64,000 nucleotides of DNA from Podarcis filfolensis (Eukaryota). Shown here piece by piece: positions 11,701-24,718 of the stretch. Where the stretch lies: NCBI GenBank assembly GCA_964270895.1, contig OZ185450.1; one strand, 5' to 3'. Each line of letters opens with the position of its first letter. The first letter of the stretch is position 1. Position numbers and translations under genes: made by a program. Under the pieces are notes generated by a model. That model did no database searches. It was not told the origin of the DNA and saw nothing but the letters and a program-made list of their open reading frames with translations.

Positions 11701-13927
11701 ACGAACAAAAATTACAAACAAAATTAGCAGCACCCAGAGGGAAACGTTGTGAAATTAAAATCCACAGAATCGGCATGGAAATGGCATAAAGAAGTAGTCT
11801 TATTATATTTATAGATGACAGCAACCACAGAAACAAACAGAGGGGTGAAGAAGAGGGATAAGTCAGTTCTTTAAAAGAATAGTGGGTGCAATGGTCCACC
11901 TATATGGAAACATGGACTTTGGAATCCCATTGGTTTCAGCTGGTTTTAAAGAAAAACTGAGGAGCCAGAGCCTAACAAAAAGGAACAACAAAATGATGGA
12001 TAAGAAGCTGTCAGTGACTAGTCATCTTCCTCCTACCTCCTGGTGTCTCTCAGAGGTTGGATGGTGCTGCAGAGAGAGCTAATTTACAGTCAATTCCCCC
12101 ACCCATCCAAATACTGCTGGCCAGAGCTTTATTACTGTCTTTCCCCATGTGAGCAAGAGAATCCTTCTCTATCATTCCAACTTACATTATTTTTACTCTG
12201 AGTTTTAAAAAGCACTCTGCTTCGCTGTCCAGCACCAACCTGGGTGCAGTTTTTAATGCACACATATTTTGCTTTGAGCACTTACTCCTGAAGGAGAGTT
12301 TAGCTCGATACCCAGTCGCCCTAAGATGTCCTCTCCCATCGAAGTTACATTTTCACTTTTAGGTGGTGAAAAAACAAAGCAGGATGAATGTCTTCTGGTC
12401 CGACCCATCAGATGCAAACCCCTAGCCATGCAGGAAAAAAGACCTCATACTGCAAACCCCCAGAAGTAGATATTCTACCCTGAGGTCATGGCAAGACCCC
12501 CTATGAAGGCAGAGTCTTAAAGAGTGAGCGGGGGAAAGTTAGTCGAGTCTGAACATCTATTAGGGATTATAAAAGCAATACAGTTGCCACAACTTAACTT
12601 GCCTCCCATGAAAGACACCTCACACCATGACGGTTTAAACTCAGGAAGTCATTTCACATGAAAATGAGCTCTTCTCTTCATCAGGTAGCCTGCTGAGACC
12701 CTCCACCCTTCAAATTGCATTTATCTGGAGACTTCAGTCTGCTCCTTGCACAGGTTTATAAGGCACATGTTGAGGTTAACCTGTGGACCACCACCACAAA
12801 GTGCTAGAAGGTAAATGGTGGGTCAGTGTGTGGGCAGACCCACTCCATAATGCTGCAGACAAAACAAACCACTCAGGCATTCTGAGAACACACAGAAACC
12901 TATAGGAGCTTTGGTTTCTTAAGATCCTGGAAGGAGAAAAATGTAATGAGGCAAAAGGCTAGACAAGACAACAGAAAATGATAGCTAAGGCACACTGGAA
13001 GGAAAGGTTTTTGTTATTTGTACAGATCCATTAATTCTGAATCTCTGGGAAAGCAAAGCGGAAGACAGGGACATAAAGAGAGTGAAGGCACAACAACTGC
13101 CTGGAAGGTGAATGGCAAACTTCGCGTTAAGCAAAGGGGAGATTGTAACAAGATCAAAGGCTGCCTGTGAAGAGAGTAGTGCAGTCTCACCTTCCGTACA
13201 GGACTCTGTCTGGCATCTCTTCGTATCGAAAGAAAAATAAAAAAAGCTGCAACAGAAGCATCCAGGGGGTGGTGATGACAATGGAAGATGGGTTTGGCAA
13301 CCATGCCCGGTTATCAGAAGAGGGAGAGAGCAGCTCACAGGAAGGGGTGGGTGGTACAAATGATGTTTGATGGCGGTTGACTGTGTAGGATGTATCTTGG
13401 CTCAAAGTGATGGGTGGGAAGGCAGGGCAGGGATTTAAAATTCAGAGGGAACTAGTTTAGAAAGCGTCAGGAAGAAGCTCTGTTTGTGTACGCTGTGCTG
13501 ATGGCTGCAGGATACTGAAGCAGATTATGATAACTGAAAATCAAAACGAAATTAATTGCCTAGCGTAAAGAAAGATGCTTGTAAATATACTATCGAAGCC
13601 AAAGTTCAAAGTGAGAATCAGTGCTTTACGTTTTAAAGCATGAATAACTCAAACTGAACCTGGGGGGGGGGGTGGCTGGGCAATGCTAATTTATGGACTC
13701 CCTGAGCAGGATGTTTGAGACTTCAGGGACCTCCGTTATCATTTATTGGTGGGTCCCACTTTCCAGTGCTAGCAAAGCAAAACAAAATAAATTAACAGTA
13801 AGTGTAAAAAATGTGGTGACAGCTCCCCTTCTCTCCTCTATCTCCTCCCCCAACCTCTGCCCATCTGGTTTTCATAGAAAGTAACACACATTTCGGTTTT
13901 TATCCATGGTTTATGAAGGTACCGTAC

Positions 13928-13993
13928 CTGTGGTGGTGGCAGGGATGGTAGTGGTTGTGGTTGTTGTGGGTGGAGGGAGAGTTGTGGGGGGAT
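13928..13993 (-). CDS. CADM1: CADM1 exon 8 (66 nt), Thr-rich O-glycosylated stalk: DPPTTLPPPTTTTTTTIPATTT
   Basis: Long polypyrimidine tract then tttatctag|ATCCCCCC; donor CACCACAG|gtacgg; phase 1-1. Confidence 0.93.
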
Positions 13994-15493
13994 CTAGATA
14001 AAACATAAAAAGGGAAACAGAAAAAAAGCAAATTAAAAAATATGAGCAGAACATAAAACTGGTCAATAAATTAACAAAGAAGCAAAATAAAGGATGGCGG
14101 TTATACCCTCTTGCCCACCCTTAGGTCTTAAGTATCAGGAGAAGAGGGCAGGCTAAAATGTGAGGATGGCACTCCATTCATTTGGTGGAGAAGCTCTGGA
14201 TTAGGATGACTGAAGCAAAGCAACACATTTCCCTGCCCTCAAACATTAGGACAAATTGGTGGCAGTGGGGTGGGGAGAAGCAACACACAACACAAAATTA
14301 GTCATTGATACGTGAGTGACATGGTATGGGAAAAGCCTGTGGGGGGAAAACCAATACAAATGAAAAACAACAACAACACAAAGCAAGTAAAAAAGTTGCA
14401 TGTTTTCTATGGCTAAGAGGACGGTTTGCAATGCATTAAGAACAATAATGCTTTGTCTTTATTCTGTCTTAAAAAAATAATAATCTAAAAATTAGGGGCT
14501 AGGAGTGGGGCAGGCGAGAGAGACCCTGCTGCGCTTAACGGACTAAATATCAACAGCAGATGAGTACGTCTCTCCCTCTGCCTTTCTCCAGAGCAGTTAA
14601 CTTCATTATTCTCCCTCCATCAATACATCCCAGCAGGATATAAAACTACTTCTAAGCCAGTAATAAATACAAAAGGGAACGAGAATGTCACGACTAAATA
14701 TCAAGTTGGATGCATGGAAGATTTTAGTGAGATTTCTTTTAAAATAAAGTCAATGTCTTTGTGACTTATAAATATTAATGCTCTGTCTGGGCTCACAGAT
14801 TTTCCTCCTGTTTAATATATCACATCCCTTAATGGTCCCAACAGATAAAGATGAAGGGGATTTCTCCCTCCGCCATTTAAAAAAAAAAAAAAAAGAGGTA
14901 GGTGGGGGAGCACCATGTATAGAAGACGGTTGACCTGCAAAAGCCAACAGCAAACAATCTCAAGAAGCATCAAATATTTATCCAGAAGAGACAGCATCAC
15001 GACTTCATAAAAAGTTACTGGGTGGAGGGAAGAAAAAGGGAGGGGGGGGAACCCACCACATATCTGTGCCCAAATGATCAAACTGAATGTGTTAAGTAGA
15101 GCACCAGACTTTGAACTCAGGAATGAATCCACAATAATGGAGCATGAAACAGTTCGGAGGCTTTTGATTTTAAATTTTATCTTGAGCATGTCAAACTTCT
15201 CATCATTGACACATCTGCTACTCTTTCATCTCCGAGTGAGCTCTCAGATTTTCTAATTAATACATCCAAACTTTAATTATGTGCTTCACCTTTATTGTGT
15301 TTGGCACAACTTCCTCAGGAGATAGGAAACATCACTTGGGTGCGGCGTCACTGAGTGAGAGAATGTTTGCAACCACCAAGATGTCTGGAGCAACTGCAAT
15401 ACCAAGGGGTCAAGGCCTCCGTTTGGGAAAACCTTCAGGCAATCAATTCAGCGCTCACTTAAGTGGTGAAATTAAAGGAGCTGATGGTCTAGA

Positions 15494-15744
15494 CATGGGT
15501 AGGCAAACTAAGGCCCGGGGGCCAAATCCAGCCCAATCGCCTTCTAAATCTGGCCCACGGACGGTCCAGGAATCGCATGTTTTTACATGAGTAGAATGTG
15601 TCCTTTTATTTAAAATGCATCTCTGGGTTATTTGTGGGGCATAGGAATTCATTCATTTTTTCCTCAAAATATAGTCCGCCCCCCCCCCATAAGGTCTGAG
15701 GGACAGTGGACCGGCCCCCTGCTGAAAAAGTCTGCTGACCCCTG
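15494..15744. mobile_element. hAT (Charlie-like) MITE, 251 bp
   Basis: TIR-like ends catgggtaggcaaac / gtctgctgacccctg; flanks ggtctaga / gtctagga (imperfect TSD around TCTAG). Ends are homologous to 46439-46984. Confidence 0.8.
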
Positions 15745-16699
15745 GTCTAGGAATCAGGAAGCAGAAGGGTTGGGTGCTCCCTATGGCACTGGTCTTCATC
15801 TGGTAGGTTAGTACCTGTTCCTGACTCGCAGTCTGATCTGAGATGAGCAGCAACAGTAGCACCACCACCAGTGCACACATGATAAAACAGAAAAAGAAAT
15901 GGGTCCCCCAATGCACGTTCAGGTTGGAAAACTTGGAAGATAAGTAGGGGAACTGACACAAAAACTTTGCCTACAACATCTGACACTTGATAAGAATCGC
16001 CTTGCTTGATCGGACTGGAGGTTCATCTAGTCCAGTCAAGTATTTAACTATTTCCCTGAAAGCCAAATGTGGCCAGGGATTACACACAGGAGAGTGAGCT
16101 AGCTAGCAGAGAAAGGAAGGATCCTCTACCAGACCACTTGGTTTCTGAGCTATCTCCTTTGAAAGCAGCACAGAAACACAGCAGGCCAGCAGAGGAGGGG
16201 TAGAAAGGTCCGCCCCAAGCCTTGTCTGCCAGTAAAAGGCATTTTAAAACTAGTATGCTAAGCTTAATAGAAGCCGCATGCTGAAGCTTCCTCTCCTGTT
16301 GCCAGCATGAGAAACATAAGGTACGTAGCCTCCTAGCAGGCCAGTACAATTTATTTTTATCTAGTTATTTTTGTGGGTGTGTTTTTTTAAAAAAACAAGA
16401 ACCCAACAACAACTGATCTAAGCCTGCATTCACCCTTCAAATGGGGCAAGTCAGGTGCTGAAGGTGATGCCCAATCTCTGTGTCCAGGGCCTGATACTCA
16501 GAGACAGGCTATCTCTCGTCACAGAGGTGCCATTTTGAGGGAGATCTCTCTCCCCCTTCCCCCATGAATCTGCTTCAAAATGTCATCAAGGAATTTACAC
16601 TTATGTACAGTGACATGTCAGGGGCCTCCACAATCCTGTTGCTAACACATTTATGAAACATGCAGTTCCCTTTCACACAAACTTTACTTGGGCTGGGGT

Positions 16700-16817
16700 T
16701 ACTTGGAGGTTTTTAAGCAAAGGTTAGATGACCATGGATGCTTGAGCTGAGATGCCTGCATTGCAGAGGGTTGGACTGGATGACCCCTGTGTCCCTTCCA
16801 ATTCTATGATTCTATGA
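16700..16817 (+). mobile_element. CR1 LINE 3' end
   Basis: gggttggactggatgacc...cccttccaattctatgattctatga, the canonical CR1 3' terminus with (ATTCTATG)n tail. Confidence 0.85.
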
Positions 16818-19440
16818 GTGCTACCTGCAGATCCTACTTATTCAACTGAGGTAGATGCAGAAGAATCCATTGGTTGATTGTGCCTGGTACATAAGATTCT
16901 GTGTCTCCCACTCAGCTGTACATGGCAGGGGCTACTCTACAAACAGAGTCATGTTTGACTAGGGACAATGTGTTTACTACCTATTTTTCCTGCTGCCAGA
17001 CTGTGGTGAAATGGGTGATTCCAAGCAGGCAAAGAAGCCGGAAACCAGTTTTGCCTGGTGAGTGTTTATAGACGGCATTCTCCCATATTCAATCAGATGC
17101 CAACATAAGATGCCATCAGAGGAGTAGCTGGACTTTGCAAGTTTGGTGCCGAAGGTTGGCTCCGCTGTTGATAATTTCTTAGATCCTTTGTTGCTTAAAT
17201 ATATTTGCATGTTAATTTTTAAGCAGAGGTTTGATGGGCCTCAGCCTGAGACCAGGAACTTAGCCAAGACTGATACACAATTCAGGTCAGGAGATCATCA
17301 AGAAAATGAGGGCTGCTCCTTCCCTCAGATGATGTCAGCAAAGCTGACCTCTGCTGTAACTTTCCACAGGAGAGAACAATTCCAAGTAACCTCCCCCCCC
17401 CCGGGGTCAGAAAAAGAATGCATAGTAAACTGTACACAGTACAGATATCCAGCTTCCACTGCCAGTGCATTTGACTGTATTAGGCAGGTACTGAAAGAGA
17501 CTTTGATTTGATGCATTTCCATGGTACAACATCTTCAGATCCATGGTCCTCTAACTGGCTCATGCAACAGAAAACCTGATTAACAATAGCAAACACCTAA
17601 CAGGTTTTGAGTGATCTGGTGACCAACGTGGGCTCGTAGTGTTGTCTCCTGAGCCTTCTCAATTTTTAGCTTCACCACTTTTTTCATCAACTAAACTTGC
17701 AAGATTTGGCAGGCATGTCAGTCTCCCCCGAGGTGTTCCCACTGAAAATGGGTACAGGCGGTAACATATTTCAGTTTTGATTGAAAGCCTTGGTTTTTGG
17801 TTGAGGGGAGAAAGTATCAGTCCAAAGTTTTTCAGATACAAGGAAATGGTGGCACGTATGTGGAACAGTGCATTTGAATTTGAGGGATATGGGCATTTTT
17901 CCATTATTAATTTTATCTCTCCTGTTCTCTTTGAAAGCATTTGGTTGTTTTCAGTGATAATCCTACTATTTAAACATTTTTCAGTGTAACAATGGCAAGG
18001 ACAACCGTCTGTTCAACTCACCCATGAGAAGCTGTTCTGTAGGAAGGATTAGATTGTTTGGAAATGTTACTTTTCTAAATCCTAACTTTAAAAAGAATTT
18101 TCCCCCACCAATATTTCCTAAGACTTGTACACATCATCTGATATGCACTGTCCTCCTAATCTTTCCAGCCCAATTAACTTCCATTCACACAAGTTTCACT
18201 TCTCTTACACTAGACTTAGGGGCAGCTATGGCCTATATAATCACACAAGGAAGTCAAAACACCTTCTCTGGAGCAACCACACAAAGGTAACATCGTCAGG
18301 AGGGCACTCTCCTACTCTACACCATTTAAAGGTTCCTACCTGTATATGTACACATAATTTTGATGGATGGGCAGGGGAAGAATAAACTAGGCAGTTAGCT
18401 GATCTATACAAGTACAGAGAGGAACCTCACAATGCCTCTCCCTGGGTGAAGATTGCAATTGGTGGGTTTCATGCTTTGTGCAAACTAATGTCAAGGATGG
18501 AGGCCCATGACGGTTGGCAGATTATAACAACTCGGAACAGTGCACAGGGTCAGAAGCCCAGACTGAGCTGCTGCATTGCAAGCATCAATATGCAGAGCAA
18601 CACTAAGCTGCTGGAGAGGGCAGACTTGGAGGCCGGGGGGCTGCGGGGAGGTTAGAGAGGATGCATGGGAAAGGAATGACTGAAGGCAACTTACCCATTA
18701 AACATTCTGAAGCTGCAACATTTACGACAGAGCCTGCTATATAAATTGAATGCCCTACACATGTGAAGTGATATTTCATGGAATGGGACTGCAACCAACA
18801 ATCACCCCCTAAAGTTTTCCTAGAAAGAGTCTTCTGGAACCGAGGGGATTCAGGAACACAATGATCTGAAAACAACTGGCTCTCATTATTAGACGCCTTG
18901 ATTTATCTGTCCACGCTGCCTGCACCACAGCCTACAGAGCAGCAATATGTTCATGTCACACAGAACACACCAGTCTTCCCAAGGCTGAAAGGACCGCATT
19001 CTGAAAGGTAGCTCCGGAGTGGGGGTGGGAAATTATTTAATTTTTCTTTTCGCAGGCTAGGATTACTGCTATTTATGCCACAACATTTTAAGGAATGGTA
19101 AAAAGAAACCCAGGAAAACAGAATTAAAGCAGGTACATAAACGGCACTTTTAAGAAAATGCCTTAGCAAATGTTTTAGTGCCTCTTTGGCAGCTGAAGAC
19201 AGGCAGAATGAGACTTGCCTTTCCAGATTGTGTGCTGGGTTACATTATCAGCACACATCTTCAGTTATTTAACTTGCTAAAGAAGGCCTGGCTTAAAAAA
19301 AAACAAAAAAAAAAACAAAAAAACAAAAACTCCCGTGCTCATTTTTTCAGATGCTTCTGAAAAGACTTCACTGGAATACAAATGGGAATATGGCTGAAGC
19401 TGTCCTGGATTGTGAAATGAAACAGGATGACTCCAAGGTG

Positions 19441-19446
19441 TTTATT
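19441..19446 (-). terminator. Candidate intronic polyadenylation signal AATAAA in intron 7 (secreted isoform)
   Basis: TTTATT on the plus strand ~330 nt past the read-through stop at 19774; a U/GU-rich tract lies further downstream (19297-19328). Confidence 0.35.
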
Positions 19447-19781
19447 GCCCTGCCCCTCTTTGCATCTGGCAACTCCCCTTCTCCAAGCCAGCACTTAATG
19501 ACAGTGCAGGCAGTAGTTGCTTACTTGACATGGGAAGAAAACACAGACTGAATCAGAAGGGGGAAAGAAGACAGAAGTAAATAGGCTTGGTTTTGGGTTT
19601 TCTGTGTGTGTTTTAAACAACCCACTCACTTAACGTGCCGAGTTTGAACAGTTATCAGAGGCTGCTTTCTCCATCAAACTGCTTTCTTATTCCACCCCCC
19701 TCCCCACAACCCCCGCCCAGAATATTTGCCAGCAATTCAGCATAAAGACATCTGGAAGAAGGGCGTGTTTGTCTCACGTAC

Positions 19782-19954
19782 CGTATACATAAAGTGTGTA
19801 ATCGGAAAAGGACATCCCCACTTCATTGGAAGCCTTGCAGCGGTATGTGCCGTTATCGCTTTTGTTTAGGCTGTTAATGTGGAGGTTTGAACCTGACACT
19901 ATAACGTGTTGAGGCATCTCGTCGTCTACTCTTAACCATGACACATCTGTAGGC
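19782..19954 (-). CDS. CADM1: CADM1 exon 7 (173 nt), Ig3 C-part: [57 protein letters not shown]
   Basis: Acceptor ccctgcttag|GCCTAC; donor GTATACG|gtacgt; DNGTYRC motif. Overlaps ORF 19774..20019(-). Confidence 0.97.
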
Positions 19955-20547
19955 CTAAGCAGGGAGAAGACAAAACAAAACAATAACCCCAAATGCATTA
20001 CTAACCCTTTGACTTGCATGTTAAGTCAATGTCATAAGTAGCATTTCTTTCTTCTTGTGATATAGTTGAGTTCAGTAACAAATATCCAAGTTTAATGGGC
20101 AGGGAGAAAGAGAGAGAGAGACAATATGCAATTGGAAAAGCAGGGAGGCTCAGCCTTTTCTTTGTGGGGGCACACACAGGAGGATGCTTGGGTATTATTT
20201 CTCAGCTCTGAAATTCTTTTCCATCAAAGTCTTAGCATGTTCTGGAAGCAACGCAAAACATTTGTTGGAGAGAGACATAACTAAGGTAAATCAGCCCATA
20301 ATGTCCTCGGTTTCCTTTGGCTTTCTGAATTGCAAAGAACACCAGAGACATAATTTCCAAGTGAGCAATCATCCCCTCTCTCTTCCTCTTCTCACACAGG
20401 ATTTGGAAAAACAAGTTTAAAGCCACAATATGCAAAGCTTTACACATACCAAGTGAAGGATAATATACCACACGCAGGAATAAAAGGGCTCTGCAAAGAT
20501 ACAACAGTTAAACAGAAAAAAGAAAAGCTCAGGGAAAGCAGCGCACA

Positions 20548-20634
20548 GTTCAATCCTATGCGTTTACTTGGAAGTCAGCTCTACTAAGTTCAAGGGGAGT
20601 TACTTTCACGTAAGCAGACATTAGGATTTCAGCC
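20548..20634. repeat. Short palindromic interspersed repeat (caatcct...aggatt); other copies near 25293-25370 and 39002-39080
   Basis: Three degraded copies share caatccta..tttactc(a/g)gaagtaag...ttcaa.gggg.ttact...aggatt.cagcc. Confidence 0.6.
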
Positions 20635-21106
20635 CTAGATCTGAATTCATAGTAAAAGATGATGGATAAAAAGTGACTGAGCCTGGGGTGAGAGGAAAGG
20701 ATCAGTCTTCTGTAGCTAAAAATTTCAAAACAGGAGCATATTGATCAGAGATGTCTCTGTTAGGGTTCACCCGTTAAAACAGACACTGAAAAAAAGGGCA
20801 GGCTCAGGAGCAAAGAAGGAAAATACTGGAGGGGAAGGTCAACTTAAAACTGAGTGAAATCTAAGCTGTGTTCACCGTGGAAAACAAAATCAGAGGAGAG
20901 GGAAAATGTAAGGGCAAAGCCCTTCTTATTTAGTATTGGTGGGAGGAGACCTATATTTTCTAGAATCTCACCCCTAGCATTTTCAAATAGATAACTTTCC
21001 TTAGCATTTTATCTGTAGTCCGACTGCGGCCAATGTTTCCTTTGGGCACTTGCAAGTTTCTGCAGCCGCACATATCTATCTGCTAGTCAAAGGGTGGAAG
21101 TGGACC

Positions 21107-21243
21107 AGGGGTAGGGAATCTGCAGCCGGGTGTGGCTCGATGCCAGCTCCCATCACCACTGACCACTGGACACACGGGCTGGGGCTGATGGGAGTTGGAG
21201 AGAGTCAAACAATGCCTAGAGAGCCACAGGTTCCCACCACCCC
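21107..21243. mobile_element. ~135-bp palindromic MITE
   Basis: ccagctcccatcaccac...ggggctgatgggagttgg core, with ends caggggtagggaatctg / caggttcccaccacc. Confidence 0.7.
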
Positions 21244-21438
21244 AGGTTCCCCACCATGGCTGCAGGTGCGTTCTCGTGGCCTTGTGCTTCAGACATGCAA
21301 CGTCATACCAACGCAGGAGAACAGGACCGGGTGCTGAACATGCTCAAGAGAAAGACCAGAAGGAGGCAAGCACTCTCCTCGAACAGCCCAGTAATGTGGA
21401 TGGGCACGTTCTGACGGAGTCTCAGGTCCTCCACTTAC

Positions 21439-21538
21439 TCTGGTTTGCCCTTCACTTGGCACAGAAGGTCGAGGAGGTCTCCTTCTCTCGTTAGAGGCTG
21501 CGCAGGGGAGTTCTGCAGGACTTGCACTTCAGGCTTAT
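21439..21538 (-). CDS. CADM1: CADM1 exon 6 (100 nt), Ig3 N-part: YKPEVQVLQNSPAQPLTREGDLLDLLCQVKGKPE
   Basis: Acceptor gatgtgcag|ATAAGCC; donor AACCAGA|gtaagt; phase 1-2; LTREGD motif and Ig cysteine present. Confidence 0.95.
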
Positions 21539-22734
21539 CTGCACATCAAACACACAATACAAACATCAATTTATACGTCTGCGTACAAAACAACATACGA
21601 ATGATATCAAGCAACCGCGCATTTAAACAGATCGTGAAACAAAAACTTTGTACTGACACAGCTTCACCCTCCTGCCCCTCTCCGCTGCACCCGTCTAATC
21701 AGCAAATTATCCTGGCATTTTCCCAAATTAAGTTGACTAATAGCCTCCAAAGCCTAACGCACTGATAAGGAATCCGCACACCAAGGGCAGCAGCCCCACT
21801 GGTTCTTGCAAAATGAAATTTTGTTAAATTGAAGTTTATCTCTGAACTCACTCGAGCTAAAGGAAACTCATTTGCCTTCATGCTGAGGTGAAACGGCAGA
21901 TTTGTGGCGCTCAGAATTGATACATTTTATCATGTATCATATTTTATGGGCTGACAATACTTTGTGCCGTGGCATATTAATACGCCGAGGCTCCGATGGG
22001 TGCATTTGTGCTAGGAAAAGCTTAAGGGAAGAAATGCCAGGCCGCTGCCTTTTGTTGGAACAAAGCGGAGACTTCTGCTCGTGCCGATGAATCTCGCAAA
22101 TCCCCAAACACAAACACACCGAGGGATTAAAGGCATTTTGCACTCAGGGAGGCAGCTCAGAAATCCTTTGGAAAGACCCTGTAGGAACAAGAGCCCAAGT
22201 CCGCAGTTACAAAGTCCATTGCCTTCAACAACGGCACATGCGGAGCAGCAAACAATCTAACCAGAACGCTATCAGCTCAAGGCAGCCAATTGAGCGCCGC
22301 TTTATCCATTTTGATTTACACACAATCCCACATCCAATTCCTGGAATTGGCAGCAAATCTGCACTAAATGAAAGAACTGAATGCAAGACTGTAATATCTG
22401 AAGGTGGTGGCAGGTAAGAGAAGTTAGTTACATCTAACGGCGGGGAAAACACCCCCCCCTCAAAAATCTGAAATAAAGAACAGCTTAGAATACATGTTTA
22501 TATTATTTATTAATTTATCTAGTCTGCTAGTGATATCACCATTGCTTCTCATCCTGGGATATAAACAAGGTTAAGAAGACATGTGCACTGATTACTACAT
22601 ACTCAACAAGTATTATTTTATAATGCTTATAATGTTTATTTTATAATGTTTAGAATCATTTGACAATAAGGATTGACTGATTATTTTATTATTAAGACGG
22701 AGGGAACAGACTAGAAAATAATAATGATAAACAC

Positions 22735-22865
22735 CACAGCAGCAGCAACAACAAACTGCCCATCTGATTGGGTTGCCCCAGCCACTCTTAGTGGCTTCCA
22801 ACAAAATATAAAAACACAGTAAGACATCAAACATTTAAAACTTCCCTATACAGGGCTGCCTTCAG
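22735..22865 (-). mobile_element. L2-type LINE 3' end
   Basis: gcccatctgattgggttgccccagccactc...ggcttccaacaaaatat...acttccctatacagggctgccttcag, a common lacertid LINE terminus (recall). Confidence 0.6.
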
Positions 22866-23665
22866 AAAACAAAATTCATAGAAGCTTTCAGAAAACAGAA
22901 TTTATTTGCCTTCTTAGAAAGCAGTGGGAGTTCAATAGGGCCAATCATTATGCAATCCCCACAGATAAGAAATAACAACACGACTTGTGGGCCGTTGGTT
23001 ACTGACATAGACGAATGCTATCTGGATTTTCTGCCTTGGATGCCCGTGAGTCTTGGGTCAGCCACACACGTTAAGAGAAAACACAAATCCATATATCCAG
23101 ACAGTTAACTGCACAATCTGACATAGTTTAATAAAATACCTTTATTTTCTCATATGGTCTAGAAAGAGTGACATACACAATATAAAATAGCAACAACCAG
23201 GTTTTTTTGGGGGGGAGGAGGAGTTAGGGTAGAGCCCACTGGGGGCTTGATGAACACTCCCTCTCTCTTTTTAGCACAAAATAAAATTGCACATATTTTC
23301 AGTACAGGCTAAGACTGTGCAGCACACATTTCCGGAGGCATAGAATGCCTGCTCTCTTCACATTCTTAGGAGATAACAGTCAATATCAGCCTGTGCTGGC
23401 TTGACCACATAAAACTTTTCATGTTTCATGTCAGAATATTAGATGAGGAATGGTTTTTTCCGTCCCTGTACCTCACAGCCTTATAACCTGTATTTGAATT
23501 TCATGAGCAAATGAAAGTCAAACCCTCCCTCTTTCCCCTTCAACAGGAATGTCATGCTGGTCCTGATGCCCTTTACTCCTGCACAGCTACCAACCACAAA
23601 TAAAGGAAGAGGAGAGAAAATAATATTGATTAATTGTGAAGTGCTCAACTGGCGCGCCCAAAACA

Positions 23666-23667
<2 letters not shown>

Positions 23668-23698
<31 letters not shown>
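23668..23698 (+). repeat. (AC)~15 microsatellite
   Basis: Perfect dinucleotide run next to the L2 3' end. Confidence 0.95.
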
Positions 23699-23700
<2 letters not shown>

Positions 23701-23719
23701 CACTAGTACTAAAAAACCG

Positions 23720-24716
23720 GAGCAGGCCAAATGCAAAAATAAGCGAGTCCTAAGGCATTTGCTAAAAAAAGAAGAGAATAAATTAATCACATATCAGCTG
23801 GTAAAGAGTTTCGTAGATAAGGAAAAGAAGAACCAAAGCATGAATCAAAGGAAGAGATGTGATGTAAGAAGCAACAAAGACCCCAAAAGAGACTACAGAG
23901 AAATCAGAAATGAAAGGCGCTAGAGGGAAGTAACATAATCTTAAATTGAATGTGAAAAGGGAAAAAAGGCAACATCATAAGCAGAGATGCATGATCGTAT
24001 TTGCATGTTGAAAAAAATAAATAAGATGGGGCAGGGGAAGAAAAAAATCAAATTAAGAAACAAGAAGCTTAAAATGGGAAGACTACCGAAGGAGTCTTAC
24101 AATCACCCAATCTGGGCAAAATGAGAACACAGGATGGAACAATGGGCAGAAATAACGGGGGGGGGGGAAGGATCTTATCAATATTAGACAACTGAAAAAG
24201 GCTTGAAAAGGCTTGGCTAAAGATGGAATCGCAGAAGGGAAAAAAAGAGGAGCAATATCTTTGATTTGAAAGGAAAGAAAAATAGTTGCATCATTGACAA
24301 AAACAGACGGGAAGGGAAAAGTCCAGAGGAAAAAAAATATAAGAAATTTTGTCCTTGAAAGATTTAGCTTTAAAGAACAAGCAGACAGCTGTGAAGAAAT
24401 AGCAAGACAAGATCAAAGATTTAAACAAGACGACAGATCAGAGATAGTAAAGAATAACTGAATATCATCAGCATAGACATGGCAACATACCAAAGGAGTG
24501 AATAAGAGACCATAAAGGAATGGGAATGAGAAGCAAAGGGTCCAACGCTGAAACTCGTGGAACCCCAATTGGGGAAAGAAGGGGGGGGAGAACCATTAAC
24601 CAATACAAGGTAACTACAGTTCAAAAAATAAGAGGGAAACCAAGGAAGAACAGTACTAAGAAAACCAAGACCATTGGGGGAAGGCAAGGGGAAAGAGTGA
24701 TAAATGGAATCGAAAG
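23720..24716 (-). mobile_element. Degraded L2 LINE with reverse-transcriptase remnant
   Basis: Minus strand gives GVPRVSALDPLLL..LWSLIHSFG and, after a frameshift, HVYADDIQLFFTIS (YADD at 24464-24475). Further on, cacattcaatttaagattatgttac resembles the L2 C-terminal IQFKIL block. Confidence 0.8.
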
Positions 24717-24718
24717 CA

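Noticed and set aside
15815-15837. Minus-strand 18/23-nt exon candidate in intron 7
   Set aside because: Weak GTACTA donor, pyrimidine tract ~50 nt away, and adjacent to a MITE.
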